28,532 bases of DNA from Chiloscyllium plagiosum (lineage: Eukaryota), in the NCBI RefSeq assembly GCF_004010195.1, contig NC_057718.1, forward strand, positions 23,034,297-23,062,828. The letters are read 5' to 3'. Positions 11,481-20,545 of this stretch are shown here, piece by piece; within the stretch, counting starts at the first letter, position 1, and each line of letters starts with the position of its first letter. The notes below the pieces were generated by a model, which did no database searches, was not told where the DNA came from, and worked only from the letters and a program-made list of their open reading frames with translations. The translations under genes and the position numbers were made by a program.

Positions 11481-12135
11481 GAGATGCTAGGACAATTCTG
11501 AAGGGTTGGCCTTCCTTATTTATTGTTTTTGGATGTGTATAGATAGCTGGGTAATGATCAGGAGCAAAACAAATCCTGCTGGATTCTCTCTTCCTTAATC
11601 CATCGCATTGAGATTCATTATAGATTCCCCAGTCAGCTAACTGACACAGACAGTCAATTGAACCTGGATACCTCCCAGCCTTTATGGCTCATATAACTAT
11701 TGATTAGATGTACTGACCATGAGCACTGAGATTTCTGATTTGAAGTCTATGTTTGTAAGAAATTCAATGTTTGAAGTGCATCTGTAAGCCCGTCTTGGGG
11801 AATCAGTTATGTTTCCCTGGCGCTACAATTGGTTTAAATGAAGCACCAAAAATTGCTCATTTTGTTATGGAGTGATGTATTGCACTCGATAGACCAGAGA
11901 ACTGACATTTCTAGAAATACTTCCTTTACAGTTTGCCTGTATATGATGAATTACTTACAGAAACTTAACTAGAACACTTTAGAATGCTATAGTAGGAGTT
12001 AATTATCCAGATTCACTCCCTGTGATGAAGTACATTCTGAGATCTCACATTTTAAATTACTAACCATTTAATCTAACAGTCAGAGAATCATGCAACAAAA
12101 ACAAACCACAATATTATGCACTACAAACTTACAGG

Positions 12136-12225
12136 AAGGGTCACTCAACCCAAACCGTTAATTCTGATTTCTCTCTACAGATGCTGCCAGACTTGCTGAG
12201 CTTTTCCAGCAATTTCAGTTTTTGT
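12136..12225 (+). mobile_element. Old solitary PLE terminal-repeat fragment with degenerate hammerhead
   Basis: 'aagggtcactcaacccaaaccgttaattctgatttctctctacagatgctgccagacttgctgagcttttccagcaatttc'. Possible decayed TSD tacaaacttacagg (12122-12135) / taccaactaagagg (12226-12239). Confidence 0.8.
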
Positions 12226-13374
12226 TACCAACTAAGAGGTTTCCTTTCAGATTGCAAAGTCCATAGATTGCATTTCATAATGACTTTAATATTGGCTTTA
12301 AAACGGTTGTGGTTTTTATTTGAGGAATTTTGAGAAACCTGAGATAACCTCTGTTCGATATGTATAGGTGGTGACTGCATTTGTAAGGATTGGTGATCAT
12401 AGCACAATCACAAGGTGGAGTGGCCAAAGAAAATATTGAAGGGAGAAAATCTGCGTGTGTTTCAAATTTTGCATCCTTGGCTATCGGAGGATTTCTTACT
12501 CCGTAAGCAAGTTGTTCGGTGGTATTGACGGAAATGACTTTCTGAAATCCAAGGGCTGTGCACTGCAAAGTGGAAGTGTAGGTAGAAACTGAACTCTAAG
12601 TCACCAGTTTAAGCCAAATAATCAGCAGTCTTGAATATTTCACTTACTAGTGAAACACTGAGGGTATTGTGTTTGTGTTTGTTGTGCTTGTGAGTGCCTT
12701 CAGGGAGCTGCAGCTTGTTAAGAACTCCACTGCAACATCTTCATCAGAATTAGAGCAAATTTCATATTTATCTTCGCTTTGCTGGTTTGACAAATAACAC
12801 AGATGAGATTAGAAGCTCGCCACGTGTGCACATATATACAACAAATTGGAGTCCCAATATGTGGCAAATCTGCCATCTCTTTGGACTTGCAATTGTTATT
12901 GTCAGCTGGAGGTTGTGCAGGGAACACACACAAAGAAACCTGAATTAATTTAACATCATGCTGAAACTGTGATTTGAATGAAAGCATATTTTATGTCTAC
13001 AGTCTTATTTTCAGACAAAATTCAATTATCACTTCAGTCGAACTCAATCCCAGTGAGTTTCAGGACGTTAACAAGCAGAGTTCTATTTAAGCTAAATGAA
13101 TGGGACACCGCTGTGACTGACCATGATTTAGAAGTGGGCCAAAACCTAAATGGTGGCATTGATGGTAAACAGAGTCTATTTTATGGAAATGAAAGTTAAC
13201 TTACTCACCAAACAGCAACAGAGTCTATTTAAACAGTGTCCCTATAATAGTATATTTACAAAGCACGAAAGATGCTGTTGAAAAAGATGTATTTTATCCA
13301 GACCGTGTGGACTGTAGCCTAGTGTTCTGAAGGAGACAGCGGAGGAGATTGTGGGCACATCATGGGTTCTCTTT

Positions 13375-13658
13375 CAGGAAACACTGGAGGCAGGGAGAAC
13401 TCTAGAGGGCTGAAGAAAAGCTAATGTAACAACTCTGTTTAAGGGAGGGAGGCAGAAGACAGGAAGATAAAGGCCAGTTAGCCTGACCTCAGCCGTTGGT
13501 AAGATTGTAGAATCAATTATAAATGATGAGATGAGCACTTGGAAGGGCATGATAAAATAATATTGAGTCAGCATGTCATTGTCAAGGGAAGGACGTGCCT
13601 GACAAATCTGTTAGAATTCTTCGAGGAAATAATAACCCAGTTAGATGAAAGAGAGTCA
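13375..13658 (+). mobile_element. Older 5'-truncated CR1, part 1 (RT N-terminus)
   Basis: ANVTTLFK, RPVSLTSAVGKIVESII and KGRTCLTNLLEFFEEI...ESVDI. Continues as YLDFKKAFD at about 18156. Confidence 0.9.
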
Positions 13659-13955
13659 GTGGACATTCCTTTGTGCAGCGGGAGCGGTGAGAGTGGAAAC
13701 CAGGGGGCTGTCCAGAAGGTAAGTTCTCTTTTTAAAAACTAATCTCATGGGAGGAGCAGCCTTCATTGTGGTCAAATTGCAATTTGGGAAGGTGAGTGAA
13801 TTGATATATTTGAGCAGTGGCTGATGCCGAGATAAGTGTCGTGTTTCCCCTCCTCCAACAACCAAAAAAAGACTCTGTGGTGTGTTGATACGGTAAGGCT
13901 TTCCCATTTCTTCTGTATCATGTGATTGGTTAAAAATTTACTTTCTTTTTTATTT

Positions 13956-14399
13956 AAGACCATAAGACATAAGAGTGGAAGTAAGACCATTCGGTCCATC
14001 GAGTCCACTCTGCCATTTAATCATGGCTGATGGGCATTTCAACCCCACTTATCCACACTCCCCGTATCCCTTAATTCCTTGCGAGATTAAGAATTTATCA
14101 ATCTCTGTCTTGGAGACATTTAACCTCCCGACCTCCACTGCGCTCCGTGGGAATGAATTCCACAGGCCCACCACTCTCTGGCTGAAGAAATGTCTCCTCA
14201 TTTCCATTCTAAATTGACCCCCTCTAATTCTAAGGCTGTACCCACGAATCCTGATATCCCTGCCTGACGAAAACAATTTTCCAGCGTATATCCTTTCTAA
14301 GCCATGCATTATCTTGTAAGTTTCTATTAGATCTTCCCTCAACCTTCTAAATTCTAACGAATACAATTTCAGGATCCTCAGCCGTTCATCGTATGTTAG
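13956..14399 (-). mobile_element. 5'-truncated CR1 3' fragment nested in the CR1 5' UTR
   Basis: ORF 14049-14366 (YSLEFRRLREDLIETYKIM...FFSQRVVGLWNSFP). Tail 'taagaccataagacataag'. Confidence 0.92.
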
Positions 14400-14505
14400 T
14401 AATTTATCTATTAATTAGTTATTTGAAAAAGAACATAGCAAAGAAGTGTTAGAAATTATTTAACTCAAACGTATATAAAATAATACACTAATTAACTAAG
14501 TAGAG

Positions 14506-14746
14506 ATGGCTGGGCAGGTGATGTGCTGTAGCTGTATGATGTGGGAGCTGCGATAAGAAAATTCGGGAAGTAAACACGTGGTTAAGGGAGTTGTGTAGGA
14601 AAGAAGGGTTCCATTTCATGGGTCATTGGCATCAGATTTGGAACCGCTGGGATCTGTACCGATGAGATGGTCTCCACCTGAACCGATCTGGAACCAGTGT
14701 TCTTGCAGAAAGGATAAATAGGGTGATCACTAGGACTTTAAACTAG
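14506..14746 (+). pseudogene. CR1 ORF1 remnant: zinc-finger N-terminus joined to SGNH-esterase C-terminus
   Basis: MAGQVMCCSCMMWEL, then out of frame DKKIREVNTWLRELCRKEGFHFMGHWHQIWNRWDLYR*DGLHLNRSGTSVLAERINRVITRTLN*. Confidence 0.8.
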
Positions 14747-15649
14747 TGAGTCGGGTTGGGGGAGGGAAAGGGAAAACGACAGGAAGTATGATGATAAATG
14801 AAAAGGTAAGCTGCAGGTTAACGTGTGTGCAGGAGGGTCTAAGTTCAGTGCAGACGATGAAAGAAGTAAAAACAAAGGATAACTCAGGAGATATTAGAGA
14901 TGTTGGAAGTCATGAGTGTAAGAAAAGCTAGCATAAATGCACTTTACCTGAATGGTCATGGCAATTGTAACAAGGTCTATGAGTTAACGGCACAAATCAT
15001 CATGAATGAGTATGATTTGGTAGCCATTATGAAGACATGGTTACAGCATGGTCACGACTGGGAGTTAAATATCCAGGTGTACCAGATTATTCGGAAGGAC
15101 AGACAGGAAGGTAAGGGAGATTGTGTAGCTCTGATATTCACGGATGACATCAGGACGGTGCTGAGAGATGATATAGATTCTATGGAGAATGAGGTTGAAT
15201 TCATTTGGGTGAAAAAGTCACTGATAGGTGTAGTCGATAAGCCACCAAATAATAACATCACATTGGCGCGAGCAATAAACAAGGAAATAACTAATACCTG
15301 TAAAAATTGTACAGCAATTTTCATGGGGGATTTTAATCGACATGTCGATTGGTCAAACCAGCTCAGTCTGGGTAGCCTCGAGGAGGAGTTTGTTGAGTGA
15401 ATCTGTGATAGTTTTCTTGAACAGTATGTAGTGGAACCGATGAGAGAGCAAGCTATCCTAGATCTGGTTCTGTGTAATGAGACAGGAATGACCTCATAGT
15501 TAGGGATCCTCTTGGAAGGAGCGATCACAGTATGGTTGAATTTGGAATACAGATGGAGAGTGTGAAGATAAAATCCAATATCAGGGTCCTGTGCTGAAAC
15601 GAGGGAGACTACAGTAGAATGAGGGAGGACTTGGCAAAAATAGACAGGA

Positions 15650-15790
15650 TAAAAACAATGACTGCAGATGCTGGAAACCAGATTCTGGATCAGTGGTGCT
15701 GGAAGAGCACAGCAATTCAGGCAGCATCCGAAGATTTCGAAGCTTTTCGGATGCTGCCTGAATTGCTGTGCTCTTCCAGCGCCACTGATC
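15650..15790 (-). mobile_element. PLE tail fold-back mini-insertion lacking the hammerhead
   Basis: Exact 15-bp TSD caaaaatagacagga at 15635-15649 and 15791-15805. 46-bp inverted arms at 15687-15732 and 15746-15791 with 1 mismatch. Same tail subfamily as 24201-24545. Confidence 0.92.
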
Positions 15791-17913
15791 CAAAAATAGA
15801 CAGGAATCTGGTGGAACAGTTGACAAGCAGTGGAGGACTTTCAAAGCAATTTTGAAAGTGTTCAGCAAAAGCATATTCCAGTGAAAACGAAGGACTGTAA
15901 GAAAAGGGGTAATGTGCCATGGGTATCTAAGGAAATAAGGGAGGCTATCAAATTGAAAGAGAAGGCATACAAAGTGGCCAAAAACAGCAGGAATCTAGAT
16001 GACTGGGAAAACTTTAAAGGCCAACAGAAAGCCACAAAAAGAGCTATAAAGTAAAGTAAGAAAGAACATGAGAAAAAAAAACTAGCACAGAACATAAAGA
16101 CAGATAGAAAAAAGTTTATATAAAATATATAAAATGAAAAAGAGTGGCTAAAGTAAATGTTGGTGCTTTTGAGGATGAGAAGGGGCATTTAGTTCTGGGA
16201 TATGATGAAATGGCCGAGGCCTTGAGCAGGTATTTTGTATCGGTCTTCACAGTAGAGGACACTAATAACATGCCAGTAAGTGACAGAGAGACGAAGGTAG
16301 ATGAGGACCTGGAAATGGTCATTATCAAGGTAGTGTTGGGTTAGCTAATGGAGCGAAGGATAGACAAGTCTCCTAGCCCTGATGGAATGCATTCCAGGGT
16401 ACTAAAAGAGATGCTGGGAGAAATAGCAACTGCACTGGTGGTAATTTTCCAAACTTAGTGGATTCTGAGGCAGTCCCAGCAGATTGGAAAACAGCAAATA
16501 TGATGCCACTGTTTAAAAAGGGAGGTTGATAAAGGACGAGAAATTATAGACCGGTTAGCTTAACCTCTGTAGCGGGGAAGACGCTTGAGTCTGTTATCAA
16601 GGAAGAAATAACAAGGCATCTCAATAGAAATTGTCCCATTGGACAGACAAGCATGGGTTCATGAAGGGCAGGTTATGCTTAACAAATCTTTTAGAATTCT
16701 ATGAAGACATTATGAGCAAGGTGGACAACGGGGACCCAGTGGATGTGGTGTACCTAGATTTCCATAAGGCCTTGGCAAGGTGCTGCACAAGAGGCTGCTG
16801 CACAAGATAAAGATGCATGGCATTATGGGTAAACTATTAGCATGGATAGAGGATTGGTTGACTAACAGGAAGCAAAGAGTGGGGGTAGATGAGTGCTAGT
16901 CTGGCTGGCAATCAGTGACTAGTGGTGTGCCTCAGGAATCGGTGTTGGGACCACAATTATATACAACTTATATGGACGATTTGGAGTTGGGGACCATGAG
17001 TAGTGTGTCAAAGTTTGCAGATGACACTAAGATGAGTGGCAGAGCAAAGTGAGCAGAGGACTGCAAAACTTTGCAGAGGAACATAGATACATTGAGTGAG
17101 TGGGCAAAGGTCTGGCAGATGGAATACAATGTTAATAAATGTGAATTCACCATTTTGGTAGGAGCAACTGTAAAAAAGGTTATTACTTTAATGGCAAAAA
17201 GTTGCAGCATGATGCTATGCAGAGGGACCTGGCTGTCCTTGTGCATGAATCACAGAAGGTTGGTCTGCAGGTACAGCAAGTAATTAGGAAGGCCAATGGA
17301 ATTTTGTCCTTCATTGCTAAAGAGAATGAGTTTAAAAGCAGGGAGATTATGATGTAGCTGTGTAGAGTGCTGGTGAGGCCACACCTAGAGTACTGCATGC
17401 AGTTTTGGTCTCCTTGCTTGAGAAATGATGTACTGGCACTGGAGGAGTTGCAGAGGAGGTTCACTAGGTTGATTCCAGAGTTGAGGGGGTTGGCTTATGA
17501 GGAGAGACTGAGTGGAATGGGATTATATTCATTGAAATTCAGAAGAATGAGAGGGGAATCTTAGAGAAGCATATAAAATTATGAAGGGAAAAGATAAGAT
17601 AGATGTAGAGAGGATGTTTCCACTTGCAGGTGAGACTAGGACAAGAGGGCATAGCCTCAAGATTAGAGGGAGCAGATTTAGGTCTGAATTGAGACAGAAT
17701 TTCTTTACCCAGAGGGTTGTAAATCTATGGAATTCCTTGCCCAGGGAGGTAGCTGACACTACTTCAGTTAACGTTTTTAAAACTAAGGTAGATTTTCTTT
17801 GAACAGTTAAGGAATTATGGGATATGGTGAGAGGGAGGGGAAATGGAGCTGAGTCCATGAAAAGGTCAGCCATGATCTTATTGAATGGCGGAGCAGGCTC
17901 CAAGGGTCGGATA

Positions 17914-18107
17914 GAACAGCGCAGCAGGTCAGGCAGCATTCAAGGAACAGGAGAATCGACGTTTCGGGCATAAGCCCTTCTTCCTGAAGAAGGGCTTATG
18001 CCCGAAACGTCGATTCTCCTGTTCCTTGGATGCTGCCTGACCTGCTGCGCTGTTCCAGCAACACATTTTCAGCTCTGATCTCCAGCATCTGCAGTCCTCA
18101 CTTTCTC
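17914..18107 (+). mobile_element. PLE hammerhead palindromic mini-insertion
   Basis: 16-bp TSD ctccaa(g/a)ggtcggata at 17898-17913 and 18108-18123. 70-bp arms at 17914-17983 and 17986-18055, 1 mismatch, 2-nt spacer. Confidence 0.95.
17984..18011 (+). ncRNA. Minimal type I hammerhead ribozyme core (PLE-associated)
   Basis: CTGAAGA-A-GGGC-TTAT-GCCC-GAAAC-GTC. Predicted cleavage after C18011; activity untested. Confidence 0.8.
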
Positions 18108-18153
18108 CTCCAAAGGTCGGATACCTACTCCCGCTCCTAGTTTTATGTTCTTA

Positions 18154-19375
18154 TTTATTTGGATTTCAAGAAGGCCTTTGACAGGAGGCTGCTAAATAAG
18201 ATAAGAGCCCATGGTGTCAGGGCCAAGGTAATGGCATGCATAGAGGATTGGCTGACTGGCAAATGGCAGAGAGTTGGGACAAAGGGGTCTTTGTCGGGAT
18301 GACAACCAGTGAATAATGGAGCTCACAGTGTTCAGCGTTGAAACCACAATAATACACGTTATTAGATTAGATTAGATTAGATTACATTACAGTGTGGAAA
18401 CAGGCCCACCCATACATCAATGATTTGGATAAGGGAACTGAGGCATTGTTGCTGAGTTTGCAGATGATACAAATATAGATGGATGGACGGGTAGTGTTAA
18501 CTAAGCAGGGGGGCTGCAGAAGGATTTGGACCGGCTTGGAGAGTGGGCAAGGAACTGGCAGATAGAATATAATGTGGGCAAGTGTAAGGTTATGTTCTTT
18601 GATAGCAAGATTCGAGGCATAGACTATTCTCTAAATGGAGATAGTCTTCAGAATCCTGAAGTACAGAGGGACTTCAGAGTCCTAGTTCAGGACTTTCTTA
18701 AGGTTAATATGCATTCGGGTTTGGGTTAGTTCACAGATCTAGTTGAAGGCAAATTATTTCAAGAGGTCTAGAATATAAGACTAGGGATGTACTATTGATG
18801 CTGTAGAAGGACCTGTGTCAGACTACATTTGAAATATTAGGATTAGTTTTGGGCTCCGTATCTAAGGAAGGCTGTGCTGGTTTTGGAGAAGGTCCAGAGG
18901 AGGTTTACAAGAATGATCCTGGGGATGAAGAGTTTGTCATGAGAGGAGTGGTTGAGGATTCTGGATCTGTACCCAATGGAGTTTGGAATGTTGAGAGGGT
19001 GTCTGATTGAAGCTTACAGAAATACTGGGAGTCCTGGATAGAAAGGACATGGAGAAGATGTTTGCACTAGTTGGACAGGCTAAGACACCAGGACACAGCC
19101 TCAGAATGAAAGGATGACCCTTTAGAATTGAGACATTTCTTCAGCTAGAGGGTGGTTAGTCTTTGGAACTAATTTTTGGAGAGGGAAGGGAGGCAACGTC
19201 ATAGTGTATATCTAAGGCAGAGACAGATAGGTTCTCAATTAACAAGAGGATCAAAGTTTACGAGAAGAGGGTAGAAAAGTGGGGTTGTGAAACATTTCAG
19301 CCATGATTGAATGGAGCAAACCCGATTGGCTGAATGGTCTAATTCTGCTGTTATATCTCACGATCTTATGATCTT
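18154..19375 (+). mobile_element. Older 5'-truncated CR1, part 2 (RT to 3' UTR)
   Basis: YLDFKKAFD, EFADDT and LDRLGEWARNWQIEYNVGKCKVM. 3' UTR 'tggctgaatggtctaattctgctg...cttatgatctt'. Confidence 0.9.
18361..18407 (-). mobile_element. Very short HE1/CR1-type 3' tail with (attag)n repeat
   Basis: (attag)x4 followed by 'ttacagtgtggaaacaggccc', identical to the SINE 3' end at about 490-510 and nearly identical to 24619-24639. Confidence 0.75.
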
Positions 19376-19962
19376 TATTGAAGCTTTTTGAAAAACCTGA
19401 GTGCAGTATCTGATCTGGTTTCGGAGGATTAACCCCATCTGCAGTATACACATTCAACTATTACTGCTTCATTGGACAAGAGCACAGTCAATTTCATTTT
19501 TAAATTGATGTATCATGAATAAAGGAATATGTTTAAAAATCTCTTGTGTTGCAAGATGCAATTTAGATATAGGATTTGTAATAGTTTGATGTAATGCAGG
19601 GAGATCAAGCGACAAATGCTGGAATATTTGTCACAACAACTTCAACAAGATTTGATTGAGATAATCTTGACATTCTCAACCTGTAACAAGGTTACAAATC
19701 TCTGCTCGAGTGATCTTCCAAGTTAGTTTGGACTTCTTTAGGCTTGGGAAGGGAAGCTGACCAGACATTATTCCCATTCCTGTAATCTGCCCATTAGATC
19801 TGTAATGGACCAGACCAGACCTCATCAAAATATTTTACGAAGGTAGCCTTTACTTATTTTAAAGGCAAATGTAATGTGATGTGTTCCAGATGCAATTCGA
19901 CAGGTCAAACTCCTCAATGTTAAACAAAACACAATTTATTCAAACATCATAGTTAAATTACA

Positions 19963-20113
19963 ATAGGTTCTTGATTGTCAACGGGATCAAGGATTACAGG
20001 GAGAAAGTGGGGCAATGGGGTTGAGAGACTTATCAGCCATGATTGAATGATGGAGCAGACTCGATGGGCTGAATGGTCTAATGTCTGCTCCTATGTCTTA
20101 TGGTCTTATGATC
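19963..20113 (+). mobile_element. Short CR1 3' end fragment
   Basis: 'gggatcaaggattacagggag...tcagccatgattgaatgatggagcagactcgatgggctgaatgg...tcctatgtcttatggtcttatg', homologous to 19230-19375. Confidence 0.9.
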
Positions 20114-20326
20114 TAAAAGAAAGAAGAACTTAGAATAACTGAAATCTAGTTGCAAACCTAACAGAATAGTAGATGCAGTAATTATTACTAATTAACTGTT
20201 CCAGTGTAGTGACATCCCATAAACATACCCCTTGGCCAAAAGGAAAATTCAGAAATCAGATTTTCTCACAGGTTTTAAAAATTCAGTTGTGGAATTTGGG
20301 TGTTGCTGGCCGCCCAGTATTGATAG

Positions 20327-20545
20327 AGATGGAAATGTGTTGCTGGAAAAGCGCAGCAGGTCAGGCAGCATCTAGGGAACAGGAGAATCGACGTTTCGGG
20401 CATTAGCCCTTCTTCAGGATTCCTGAAGCAGGGCTAATGCCCGAAACGTCGATTCTCCTGTTCCCTAGATGCTGCCTGACCTGCTGCGCTTTTCCAGCAA
20501 CACATTTCCATCTCTGATCTCCAGCATCTGCAGACCTCACTTTCT
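20327..20545 (+). mobile_element. PLE hammerhead palindromic mini-insertion
   Basis: Exact 17-bp TSD ccgcccagtattgatag at 20310-20326 and 20546-20562. 95-bp arms at 20325-20419 and 20421-20515, 1 mismatch, 1-nt spacer. Confidence 0.95.
20390..20417 (-). ncRNA. Minimal type I hammerhead ribozyme core (PLE-associated)
   Basis: Minus strand reads CTGAAGA-A-GGGC-TAAT-GCCC-GAAAC-GTC. The plus-strand twin at 20423-20450 has CTGAAGC, a core A-to-C change. Confidence 0.8.

Larger units (their letters stand above)
13659..18153 (+). mobile_element. Near-full-length decayed CR1 LINE (5' UTR, internally deleted ORF1, ORF2 APE-RT, 3' UTR)
   Basis: ORF1 start MAGQVMCCSCMMWEL at 14506 and esterase end DGLHLNRSGT. 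ORF2 motifs MGDFN, LDLV, SDH, NYRPVSLTS, YLDF, GVPQESVLGP, KFADDTK and LVRPHLEYC. The 3' UTR ends in 'tcctagttttatgttcttat'. Confidence 0.93.

Noticed and set aside
11620..11730. Faint antisense tRNA-SINE-like head ('ttgaacctggatacctcccagcctttatggctca')
   Set aside because: Too short and diverged to support without an HMM search.
12275..12568. 97-aa minus ORF and open plus-strand frames near 'ccgtaagc'
   Set aside because: No recognisable homology and no convincing acceptor-donor pair.
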